Below, one piece after another: positions 1-8,784 of a DNA stretch of 64,000 nt. The stretch comes from a virus, in the IMG/VR virus record IMGVR_UViG_3300005436_000501, positions 63,095 to 127,094 of that record; one strand, 5' to 3'. The notes beneath the pieces are model-generated. The model was not told the DNA's origin and made no database searches. It saw nothing but the letters and a program-made list of their open reading frames with translations. The first letter of the stretch is position 1, and the number at the start of each line of letters is the position of its first letter. A program made the position numbers and the translations under genes.

Positions 1-659
1 GCGCCGTGGGCGAGCTGCCCGAGCGGCACGTTGTGGCCGGTGCTGCCGTCGGGGAAGGTGACGTCCTCGCGGCCGTAGTTGTAGACCGCCGCGGCGACGG
101 CGGCGATGTCCTGTTGTGTGAGCGGCATGTCTGCTCCTCGGGTGTCCCACAGGGGTGTGTCGGCGGCCACGACGGACAGGTCCCAGGGGTGCCCGAGTTG
201 CGTGTCGCCGGCGTATTGGCGCGCCGCCCACCCGGACGCGAGCCGGGTCGCGGCGGCGTCGCGGTCCCAGTTCGCGACCCAGTAGCCGCCGGAGGGGCGC
301 GGGTTGCCCAGGACCGTGGACTGCTGCCCGTACACGGCCACGAGCCACCCGGCGGCGTGTACCGCGGTGTCGTAGGCGCGCAGGTATATCGGGTCGACGC
401 GGTCTTCGAAGTCGAGCGCGGTCAATGTGCCCGCCGGCTGGCCGTGGGCGCGGCACCAGGCGATCAGCGCGGCGGCGTCTTTCGCGGGGTCGCCGCCGAT
501 GTTGCGGGTCAGGATCGGCAGCCGGTAGCGGCAGGGGATCGCCGCGACTTCCTCGTCGGTCCACACGTGGGGGGTGTCGCCGTGGACGTAGAACGCCCAG
601 GCGTCGACCTTCGGGTAGGCGGCGGGCGGGTTTGCCGAGTCACCCATGATCGGGTTCAC
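1..659 (-). CDS. Endolysin, GH25-like muramidase (3' end beyond window)
   Basis: Hand translation VNPIMGDSANPPAAYPKVDAWAFYV...LTALDFEDRVD...VAVYG...YWVANW...ARQY; DxE motif; GTGA overlap with upstream gene; absent from ORF track because no stop lies in the window. Confidence 0.7.
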   Translation of the reverse strand, partial: MNPIMGDSANPPAAYPKVDAWAFYVHGDTPHVWTDEEVAAIPCRYRLPILTRNIGGDPAKDAAALIAWCRAHGQPAGTLTALDFEDRVDPIYLRAYDTAVHAAGWLVAVYGQQSTVLGNPRPSGGYWVANWDRDAAATRLASGWAARQYAGDTQLGHPWDLSVVAADTPLWDTRGADMPLTQQDIAAVAAAVYNYGREDVTFPDGSTGHNVPLGQLAHG

Positions 660-904
660 GGCGTGTCTCCGTCGCCCGTGCGCTGCGGATGTGCGTCGAG
701 GTGTTCGCGCAGGTCGGCGAGTTGCGCCCGGGTCTGTTCGGCGAGGTCGCGCTGCGCGGCGAGTTCGGACAGCAGTTGCGCGTGGCGTTTCGCCGCGGCG
801 GTGTCGACGCGCCTGGACACGGCGCGCCACGCCGCGGTGGGGATCGCTGCGGCGGTGAGCGCGGTCAGGGCCGTGCGGACGCGGGCGGTGTCGGGTCGGC
901 TCAT
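656..904 (-). CDS. Small membrane/coiled-coil protein of the lysis module (holin-like?)
   Basis: Hydrophobic N-terminal stretch then coiled coil; overlaps both neighbours. Confidence 0.5.
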   Translation of the reverse strand: MSRPDTARVRTALTALTAAAIPTAAWRAVSRRVDTAAAKRHAQLLSELAAQRDLAEQTRAQLADLREHLDAHPQRTGDGDTP

Positions 905-1404
905 CGGGCGGCTCCCGTCGGGGGTGTGAAGCGGTCGAGGATCTGCTGGATCTGCGCGAGGATCCGCAGGGCGGCCTGGTCCTGGACGTGGAGGTGGTTG
1001 TCTTGCGCCTGGAGGTGGCGTTGGATCTCGGCCGCCTCGTGCAGGACGGCTTCCGCGTCTTTATATGTGGCTTCCGAGCGGGCGTCAGCGGCCTTCGCCT
1101 GGATATTCTGGCCTACGATCACAATTGGCAGGAGAATCAGCTGTAAAAAATTGCTGCTAATCCAGGCAACTATGATCGTCATATTATGGGAGGAGATCGC
1201 AGATGGGAGGCTCAGCAGGGCGACGGCGGTGAAAACATATGCCGCCCACATCGTTCCAACCGAGATGGTTATCAACAACCCGAGTCGGGCGTTGAGTCTT
1301 CCAAGCACGCCGCTCGACCTGGCGCGATGGTCCTCCACACGCACCGGCCCCCGAGCCTTCCGCTCTTCGCGATACGGGTGCGGGACGTGCTCGTAGAGGC
1401 TCAA
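901..1404 (-). CDS. DUF1003-like membrane protein (possible holin)
   Basis: VGTMWAAYVF...WISSNFLQLILLPIVIVGQN...ADARSEATYKD; TTG start after GGAGA. Confidence 0.65.
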   Translation of the reverse strand: MSLYEHVPHPYREERKARGPVRVEDHRARSSGVLGRLNARLGLLITISVGTMWAAYVFTAVALLSLPSAISSHNMTIIVAWISSNFLQLILLPIVIVGQNIQAKAADARSEATYKDAEAVLHEAAEIQRHLQAQDNHLHVQDQAALRILAQIQQILDRFTPPTGAAR

Positions 1405-1422
1405 CTGAATCTCCCCGCCCGG

Positions 1423-1437
1423 TATAATTATTACATG
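1423..1437 (+). promoter_or_regulatory. -10 box TATAAT, probable leaderless promoter of the HNH gene
   Basis: TATAAT at 1423-1428, ATG at 1435, no RBS. Confidence 0.55.
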
Positions 1438-2190
1438 ACGAGTTTGACGCTGAAGCCCTGCGAAGAAACCGACTGCAAGAACCCGTCGAAGGCTCGTGGG
1501 CTGTGCATGAAGCATTACAACTATCACACTTGGCGGGGAACGCTTCCGCCGCTTAAAAGCTTTACCGACCCCGCATCCCGGTATGAACACTGGATCGACC
1601 GGAGTGATCCGTCCGGCTGCTGGCTATGGGGCGGTGCGCTCAGTAGCGGATACGGCGTCATCGCGGTCAACGGCGGCAACGACTACGTCCACAGGTGGGC
1701 CTACGAGACGTTCGTTGGCCCGATACCTGATGGCCTGATAGTCGGGCATGTCTGTCACGACCTCGACCTGACATGCCGGGGAGGTGAGTGCGTCCACCGT
1801 CGTTGCGGCCGTCCGGATCACTTGTCTCCGATGAGTAAGGGCGACAACCTCCGCGCGGGGCGCATGGCAATGCTCACGCGGGAGCGCGGGCAGATCCGTA
1901 GGGCGACGCGCACGCACTGCCGTAACGGCCACGAGTGGACTGAGGAGGACCTGTACATCCGGCCCAGTGACGGCGCCCACATCTGCCGGGCGTGCACTCG
2001 GGAGTCCGGCGAGAGGTACAAGAGAAAGCTGGGGATCGCCACCCGGCCCTACAGGGACAGGGCCGAGTGCCCGCAAGGCCACCCCTACGATACGGTCAAC
2101 TCTCAGGGTTCCCGCGTGTGCACGATCTGCGCGAAGGAAGCGCAGGCGCGCTATCGGGAACGGATGCGACAGTCCCGGCTGACCGCGTAG
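1435..2190 (+). CDS. Free-standing HNH endonuclease with Cys/His zinc-binding repeats
   Basis: CWLWGG...GYG...YVHRWAYE...GPIPDGL.VGHVC...C.RPDHL....GDN; ARGLCMKHY; THCRNGHE and CPQGHPY repeats; opposite strand to neighbours. Confidence 0.85.
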   Translation: MTSLTLKPCEETDCKNPSKARGLCMKHYNYHTWRGTLPPLKSFTDPASRYEHWIDRSDPSGCWLWGGALSSGYGVIAVNGGNDYVHRWAYETFVGPIPDGLIVGHVCHDLDLTCRGGECVHRRCGRPDHLSPMSKGDNLRAGRMAMLTRERGQIRRATRTHCRNGHEWTEEDLYIRPSDGAHICRACTRESGERYKRKLGIATRPYRDRAECPQGHPYDTVNSQGSRVCTICAKEAQARYRERMRQSRLTA

Positions 2191-2194
2191 AGGC

Positions 2195-2728
2195 TCACGG
2201 CTTGGCCGCAGCCTGAAGCATGCGGTGGTGAATGGCGTCCACGCGGGCCCGCGCCTCCCCGGCCACCAGGGGGTCGCGGATGACGACGAACGCATTGTCC
2301 TGGGCGCTCTCGCCCGACGCGGACCAGTTCGTCGAGCCCGTGACCACATCGAGGCTGTCGCAGATCAACAGCTTCATGTGTTGGATGGCGCCCTTCTCCG
2401 AGCGGCCCACCGCGATCGACGACGCCGGGTACGCCTCGTGCTCCAGCAGTTTGCGCTCGTGCACCCCGCCGGCTTGGCTCGAGTCGAGGGTCAGTTGCAC
2501 AAACACGCTCTTGTCGGCGAGCTTCTCGTGCAGTGCGTCCGCGACCTCTTCGTCATCGAACCCGTAGACCGCGACTATCAGGGAGGACGTCGAGGCGCGG
2601 ATCAGATCGAGCAGCGCCGCATGAATGTCGTCGACCGGCGAATACAGGGTCCTGAGGTTCGCGGGATAGCCGGGCGGGTAGCCGCCGACTTTGTACTGGT
2701 CGAGCGCGGCGAGGTCGGGCAGCGCCAT
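2195..2728 (-). CDS. Single-domain phospholipase D-family (HKD) nuclease/phospholipase
   Basis: HMKLLICD...TGSTNWS = HxKxxxxD/GSxN motif; RBS GGAGG. Confidence 0.85.
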   Translation of the reverse strand: MALPDLAALDQYKVGGYPPGYPANLRTLYSPVDDIHAALLDLIRASTSSLIVAVYGFDDEEVADALHEKLADKSVFVQLTLDSSQAGGVHERKLLEHEAYPASSIAVGRSEKGAIQHMKLLICDSLDVVTGSTNWSASGESAQDNAFVVIRDPLVAGEARARVDAIHHRMLQAAAKP

Positions 2729-2737
2729 GGCAACCTC

Positions 2738-3913
2738 CTACAGTGCGCCGAGAGGAACGACGCCGGCCATGACGTCGTAGCCGGCGGAGCCCGGGTGCAG
2801 GTGGTCGCCGGAGTCATAGAGGCTGTTCAGCGCGAGCGGGTTGCTGGTGCTCATGGCGGCGCCGTTGAAGTCGACGCAGCCGTCCGCCGTGGAGCCGCCG
2901 CTGAAGACCCAGGAGTTGTAGATCTCCCGCTGCGTCTCGAAACCCGATGCGCACTGGGGCGCGCCCGCGCAGGGTGTGAGGGTGGCGAGCAGTACCCGCA
3001 CCCCGGCGGCGTGCGCCTGCGCGATCAGCGTGTTCTGCGCCGCCTCCAACGTCGCCGCGCTGACTCCGCCGCGCAGGTCGTTGATCCCCGCCGCGTCGAT
3101 CACCGTGCGCACCCCGGACACCGCGAGCACGTCGCGGCCCCACCGGTTGGCGAGGTCCTGGTTGCCGGGCTGATCCTGCGTCACCCAGTCCCCGACGATG
3201 CCCATGTCGACGACGCCGTACCCGCCGGGCGCGGCGCGGGCGGCGAGGTAGTCGGGCCAGCGCGTGTCGGCGTCCACGACGGCGCCGGTGCCGTCGGTGA
3301 TCGAGTCGCCGACCGCGACGACCGTCTGCGGGCCGGCGGTGTCGACGTCGAGCCCGGTCAAGTACGTGGTGAAGTTGAACATGTTCGTCACCGCGGGATG
3401 GGCGATGCCGGTGACGTCGCTGCCGATGATGTTGTATTCCTGCTCGTCCGGCAGTTGGTGCACGGGCGCGGAGGTGATCCCGGCGCCGGGTGGGATGTAG
3501 AGGCTGACCAGCAGCCGGGTGTCCGCGGTCACGGGCAGCGGCACGGGGTCGGACACCGCGGACGCCCCGGGTGGCAGGGTCACGGAGGACGCGCCGCCGA
3601 ATGTGGCCTGCACCGGTGCCGCCTGGGTCCACGCGCCGTCGAGCTGCACACCCACCGAGACGCGCCCGAACGTCGCCGTGCTGGTCGCGAAGGTATTCGC
3701 GAGGTGGACGCGGACCTGCGTGCCGCCGAGCGAGACCCGTGCCGCCATCCGCAGCGTCTGCGACTGCCACGGCCCGACGGGGATCGCCTGCGCCTGCGCG
3801 GTGCCCCACGACGCCGACCAGGCGACCGGCAGCCCCGCGGCGCGCGGACCCGCGAACAGTGCGGCCGCGGCGGCGAGCAGTGCGGCGGCGCAGACGGCGA
3901 TACGGCGACTCAT
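2738..3913 (-). CDS. Secreted SGNH/GDSL hydrolase
   Basis: Signal peptide MSRRIAVCAAALLAAAA; GDSITDG, GINDL and DHLHP blocks. Confidence 0.88.
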   Translation of the reverse strand: MSRRIAVCAAALLAAAAALFAGPRAAGLPVAWSASWGTAQAQAIPVGPWQSQTLRMAARVSLGGTQVRVHLANTFATSTATFGRVSVGVQLDGAWTQAAPVQATFGGASSVTLPPGASAVSDPVPLPVTADTRLLVSLYIPPGAGITSAPVHQLPDEQEYNIIGSDVTGIAHPAVTNMFNFTTYLTGLDVDTAGPQTVVAVGDSITDGTGAVVDADTRWPDYLAARAAPGGYGVVDMGIVGDWVTQDQPGNQDLANRWGRDVLAVSGVRTVIDAAGINDLRGGVSAATLEAAQNTLIAQAHAAGVRVLLATLTPCAGAPQCASGFETQREIYNSWVFSGGSTADGCVDFNGAAMSTSNPLALNSLYDSGDHLHPGSAGYDVMAGVVPLGAL

Positions 3914-4449
3914 CAGGCGTGCCCCCAGTAGACGGCCATGCCGGGCTGCGGCCCGGTCGTGAAGGTGGTGAGAGCGCCACCGCTGGTCTGATACGCGCCG
4001 AGCTCCACATAGTCGCCTGCGTTGAGCTGCAGGATCCCCGCGGTCGCGGTCGCGGTCGGCGTGGATGCGGCGGTCACGGCCTGCGCCCACACGTCGAAAT
4101 AGACGACGCTGCTGCCGTTCTTCAGCAGTCGCGCGACCCTGACTCCCGTGCCGTTGGTCGCGAACGCGGCGACACCGATCACCAGGTACCAGCCTGTGAC
4201 CTGCGCCGTGTACCTGGAGTTATTGGTGATGTTGGAATGTCCGCCATATGAGTCGTTGACGGTGGAGTCGAACGTCACCGGGGTGACGGCGCTGTTCGGG
4301 ATGCTCTGGACGCTGCCCTGGGTGATCTGCGCGATCGGCGGATTGAGCAGGAACGTCCCGAGGTCGCGCACGCCCGCGTTGAAATACGAGCCGACCTCGG
4401 TCTCGCCGGGCGTGAACGTGCGCGGGATCGGGACGGCGAGGTTCGCCAC
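3913..4449 (-). CDS. Minor tail protein (C1q-like beta domain)
   Basis: SRYTAQVTGWYLV...LNAGDYVEL; downstream of large tail gene. Confidence 0.6.
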   Translation of the reverse strand: MANLAVPIPRTFTPGETEVGSYFNAGVRDLGTFLLNPPIAQITQGSVQSIPNSAVTPVTFDSTVNDSYGGHSNITNNSRYTAQVTGWYLVIGVAAFATNGTGVRVARLLKNGSSVVYFDVWAQAVTAASTPTATATAGILQLNAGDYVELGAYQTSGGALTTFTTGPQPGMAVYWGHA

Positions 4450-4506
4450 CAGGGCACCTCCGGGCTCGGGTCGGCCCGGGAGGGCGGATTACGTGTCGGG
4501 TGGCTG

Positions 4507-7500
4507 TCAGTACGCAACGCGGCTGGTCGCCGCTATCTGGCTGGGCGCGGTGTCGCCCGGCGGCAGCGGATCGCACACCCCGTCGCCCGCCGCATGGTTC
4601 TGCGTCAGGTTCTGGTACAGCGTGATCACGCAGGTGGTGTAGCCCGGGTACGACGTCGCCACCGACAACACCTGCGGGCACACCTGGAACGCCGACGCCG
4701 ACGCGGCCTGCTCGAGCTGCAACGCGTCCGCCTGCCACGTCCACGCCCCAGCCGGCGCAGTCGCGGTGAGCAGCAACCCGATCTGCGCCCACACCGTGTT
4801 TGCGGGAGCCGTCGCAGTCACCGTCATCCGCGTCCACGCCGCGGACGGCGCCCCGGTCAGGACCGTGGTGCCCGAGTTGGCCTGCGCGAGGCTCGTCCCG
4901 GTCGCGTCCGAGAATTTGAGGTAGATCTGCACGGTGGGGTTCGCGCCGGTGGTCGCGGACCGCACGTACTCGCTGGCGGTGTACACCAGTCCCGCGGTCA
5001 CCGGGACCTTGAGGACGTACATCAGGCCCTTGGTGGGTACGACGCCGCCCGCGACGCTGACCGCCCATACGTTGGCGCCCTGCTGCGCCGACCCGGACGC
5101 GGTTACGGTGGGGGTGCCCACGTCCGACGACAGACCCCACGCCGCCCCTGACGTGCCCGCCGCGAGCGGGAGTGCGCCCTCGCCCGCGGTCGCGATGTTC
5201 GGGTGCAGCAGGTTGTAGCCCTCGAACTGGGGTGTTCCCGGGGAGAGCCACAGCAGGTCGCCGGTCGAGAGGTCGGACCCGAGCGCGTTGGTCTTCCCGT
5301 CCGCCGGCGCGTTCACCGTGATCGCGTTCGTACCCGAGGACGCCGCGGCGGCGAAGCTCGTGGACAGCGCGCCGAGCACCGACTGCGAGTCGTACGTGGT
5401 GGGGTCGGTGATCCCGGGCGGCAGCGGTTCGCATGCGACCGTGCCTATGGCGTGGGTGAACGCCAGGTTCGGGGTGACGTTCAGGGTGGCGCTGTTGTAG
5501 CCCGGGTTCGTCGCGGGCAGTGGCGGCACGACTGTCACAGTCTCCGCGCGCACCGTGCCCGGCTCGAGCGTCAGCTGCTGGTTCTGCGGCATCGACGCGG
5601 CGAGCGGGTTGACCGCGGAGTCGAGCAGCGCGTTGATCGAGATCGAGGACGCGCCCGCAGTGGCCTGCGCGTGCAAACTGGTGTGCATCGCCCCGAGCAC
5701 CCAGTACGACGCCAGGTTCGCGGGCGAGCACTGCAGGGTGACGAACACCTCGGGGCCCTCGGGATCCCACTCCCATTCGATCTTCTCGACGAAGCCGTTG
5801 AAACTGATCTGTGGGGCGCCGTTCGGCCGCCGGTTGACCTGGATCCGCATCCCGAGCTCGAGTTGCAGGCACACCAGGAAAAGACCCGGCACAGCGCTGG
5901 GGTGCAGGCGCAGCGTGGACACCCGCATCTGCGCGGTCCTGTACTGCGACAGCAGATACGCGGCGGCGTCGGCAGCCTCGGCCGGGGACGTGGTATTGAC
6001 GGTGCGCTGGTAGACGCGGGGCCAGTTGCGCAGCGCCGACGCCGTGTCGATCGCCGTGAACGTCGAACCCTGGTATTGGGTGACCTGGACGTTGTTCGCG
6101 ATGTGCGACGGGTCGTCGTCGAACTCGACGACCTCGAACGGCCACTCACCGGTGGCGGTGTGCTCGCCGAACGTGAACACGGGGACGGTTTTGTTGTAGC
6201 GGGCGTTGCGCGCCTGGAACGTCAGGGCGCCGCCGCTGGAGACGAAGAAGTCGCCGTTTTCCGTCAGGGTGATGTTGTTGATGGCGTCGAGGGCGGTGGC
6301 CCCGGTCAAGTCGCTCGCGGGGCCCATCGACGCGGTCACGCCGGCGTCGATGGCGGTGGGCCCGGTCCACGGGATCCAGTTCAGGACCCGCTGTACGCGC
6401 GCCCCGGTGGACTCGCCGGAGGACGCGGAGCGCCAGGACGCGTAGAGGTTCGCGGCCTGCGCGGTGGTCAGTGCCGTCGGCAGTTCGATCGCGTGCGCGA
6501 TGTCGCCCTCGTAGCCCTGCTGGAACCACTCGCCGCCGTACAGGATCGCCGCGCCGAGGGTGTCGGCGGTGATCCCGGTGGGGTAGCGGGCCACGGAGTT
6601 CGTCGCGACCTGCACGCCGTCGACGTAGTAGCGCATGAACGTGCCGCCGGTGCCCGCCGGGTCCACGGTCATGATGACCTGGTGCCAGTTGCCGTCGCAG
6701 ATGGATGAGGCGCCGTTGTAGAACAGCCCGAAGTTCGAGGAGTTGACGCAGTTGAGGGAGATCACCCCGGCGGGTGAGATCTGCATCCAGAACGAGGAGA
6801 GGTTCCCGGTGCTCCAGGTGGTCGGGTAGGCGGTCCACAGGCTCATGACGTTGCTGCCGCCGGGCACCGTGGAGGTGCGGAACGCCAGGATCCTGCTCCA
6901 GCCGCCGGACACGGGCGGCCCCGGGGTCGCGGTGGTCTTGTGCAGTGCGACGTACGTCTCGGCGAGCTGGACGTTCGAGCCCGACAGGACGTTGTTGACC
7001 GTCGCGACCGGTCCGGCGGCCCCGGTGAACAGGCCCGACGGCGACAACGCGGCGGTGATCGAGGTGCCGAGGGTGAGCGAGCCGACACCGTAGGGGCTGT
7101 TCTCGATCGGCGCCGCGCCCCGTTTGCCCGCCAGGTCCGCGACCGAGGAAACCCCGGCGGGGTCGCTGAGGGGGTAGTAGAAGTTCGGGCCGAGCGCGAG
7201 CACCTCGTTGACGTACGGGTCGCGCAGGGTGACCTGGGATAGGGCCGCGAACGCGTCCACGCCGACGACGTCGCACTGGCCGTAGGTGGCGTCCTGCTCC
7301 GACCAGGACTGCGGCCACCGCTCCACAAACGGGGTGATCACCGAGAACACGGCGCCGGTGTCCCGCCACGCCGACGCCGTCGCCGCGGCTTCGAACTGGC
7401 ATCCGGTCAGGTACGCCACATTGGTCGCGGTGGTGCTGGCGGGGGTGGTGATCGCCAGGGACAGGCGTCCCCACAGCGCCCCGGCCGGCGCGGTCCCGGT

Positions 7501-8733
7501 CACGCTCGCGCGACCCCACGCCCCGGTGGCGAGGGTGAGGGGGGATCCTGCGCTGGTGCCGAGCGACACTGCGGTCGCGCCGTACCAGGTGATCGTGGGG
7601 GTGATCGCGAGGGTCGCGTCCGCGGAGGCGGCGCGCAGCGAGTAGACCGACGCCGTGTACTGCGTCGCGGCGACCACCTGAACGTTGTCGCCGACGGGCC
7701 CGGAGGATGCGGCGCCGAACAGGAGTGGCGATGCGCTGGTCGTCGCGGCCGGGGTGGTCCACGCCAGGGCGTTGGTGTGCCCGGTCGGCGCCGCCAGTAG
7801 CGCCGTGGCGTAGGCGACGGACCCGGCGGTGGGGTACAGCCACCCGGTGGCGCTCTGTGCGTCGTAACCGCCGGAGGCGATGTTGCCGGGGAACAGGTTC
7901 GGCGGGACGGCGAACGGGACCTGGAACGGGGTGGGGAAGTAGCTGTTCTCGAACTGCAGTCCGTCGAACTGCGCGGACGCGGTCGCGGTAGTCGTGGTGC
8001 CGAGCACGGCGCGGATCGCGCAGTACTGGGTGCCGGGCGGCGCCGTCCCGGACGCGGACAGCGTCACCCAGCTTGTCGATCCGCCGGTGATGGCGACGCC
8101 GGCGCCGCTGGTGGTGGAGATGAGCGTCCCGGTGGCGCTGTACCAGTCGATCGCGACGCTCAGGGTGAGGTTCTGTACGGTCGCGAGCACCCGCGCCTGG
8201 GTTTGTGCGGCGTAGGCGGCGCCGGGCTGCGCGTCCACGACGGCGACGGCGAGCAGGTTTTGCGGCGCTGCTGCGCCGTTGGGTACGGACACCTGGTAGA
8301 CCTGCGCGCCCTGGTATGCGGATCCGGAGGCGGCGAGGGTGAGCGGGTATCCGGCGCCACAGCTCACGTTCATCGACGCGGGCGGTGCGATCCCGGCGGG
8401 GTAGCCGGTACCTTCGCCTGCGGTGGACTGGTCGGGGGTGAGCCAGTTGGGGCCGGGCGTGCAGCGGATGCGCGCCTGGCGGTAGGGCACGACGTTGGGG
8501 GCGTAGGGCGACGCGGTGTTGCTGGGGTCTAGGGCGCCGTCGGGGTTGGCGAGGGTGGGGCGCCATTGCCCGGTTTCGTTGGCGTCCTGTTCGTATTGGC
8601 GTCCGCGTTCGCTGGACCAGGGGTATTGGGTGCGCCAGGACTGGTCGGTCCAGTAGGGGGGGATGGTGGTCTGGTTGGGGTCAGCGTTGAACGCGACCTG
8701 GTAGAAGATGGGTGGGATGGTGGGGACCGCCAA
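4507..8733 (-). CDS. Large minor tail/tail-tip protein with LamG-like and repeated carbohydrate-binding modules
   Basis: 1408 aa Ala/Thr/Gly-rich; YYPLSD, DGNWHQV, YVDG; repeated NL...W..(S/T)VT(G/A)TAP...W/Y...Q(F/L)E modules; follows tape measure. Confidence 0.8.
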   Translation of the reverse strand: MAVPTIPPIFYQVAFNADPNQTTIPPYWTDQSWRTQYPWSSERGRQYEQDANETGQWRPTLANPDGALDPSNTASPYAPNVVPYRQARIRCTPGPNWLTPDQSTAGEGTGYPAGIAPPASMNVSCGAGYPLTLAASGSAYQGAQVYQVSVPNGAAAPQNLLAVAVVDAQPGAAYAAQTQARVLATVQNLTLSVAIDWYSATGTLISTTSGAGVAITGGSTSWVTLSASGTAPPGTQYCAIRAVLGTTTTATASAQFDGLQFENSYFPTPFQVPFAVPPNLFPGNIASGGYDAQSATGWLYPTAGSVAYATALLAAPTGHTNALAWTTPAATTSASPLLFGAASSGPVGDNVQVVAATQYTASVYSLRAASADATLAITPTITWYGATAVSLGTSAGSPLTLATGAWGRASVTGTAPAGALWGRLSLAITTPASTTATNVAYLTGCQFEAAATASAWRDTGAVFSVITPFVERWPQSWSEQDATYGQCDVVGVDAFAALSQVTLRDPYVNEVLALGPNFYYPLSDPAGVSSVADLAGKRGAAPIENSPYGVGSLTLGTSITAALSPSGLFTGAAGPVATVNNVLSGSNVQLAETYVALHKTTATPGPPVSGGWSRILAFRTSTVPGGSNVMSLWTAYPTTWSTGNLSSFWMQISPAGVISLNCVNSSNFGLFYNGASSICDGNWHQVIMTVDPAGTGGTFMRYYVDGVQVATNSVARYPTGITADTLGAAILYGGEWFQQGYEGDIAHAIELPTALTTAQAANLYASWRSASSGESTGARVQRVLNWIPWTGPTAIDAGVTASMGPASDLTGATALDAINNITLTENGDFFVSSGGALTFQARNARYNKTVPVFTFGEHTATGEWPFEVVEFDDDPSHIANNVQVTQYQGSTFTAIDTASALRNWPRVYQRTVNTTSPAEAADAAAYLLSQYRTAQMRVSTLRLHPSAVPGLFLVCLQLELGMRIQVNRRPNGAPQISFNGFVEKIEWEWDPEGPEVFVTLQCSPANLASYWVLGAMHTSLHAQATAGASSISINALLDSAVNPLAASMPQNQQLTLEPGTVRAETVTVVPPLPATNPGYNSATLNVTPNLAFTHAIGTVACEPLPPGITDPTTYDSQSVLGALSTSFAAAASSGTNAITVNAPADGKTNALGSDLSTGDLLWLSPGTPQFEGYNLLHPNIATAGEGALPLAAGTSGAAWGLSSDVGTPTVTASGSAQQGANVWAVSVAGGVVPTKGLMYVLKVPVTAGLVYTASEYVRSATTGANPTVQIYLKFSDATGTSLAQANSGTTVLTGAPSAAWTRMTVTATAPANTVWAQIGLLLTATAPAGAWTWQADALQLEQAASASAFQVCPQVLSVATSYPGYTTCVITLYQNLTQNHAAGDGVCDPLPPGDTAPSQIAATSRVAY

Positions 8734-8784
8734 CGCCGCACCGCCCCCCGTGTGCGCCGCGTGCGGGCCGGACGTTGCGGGGCG

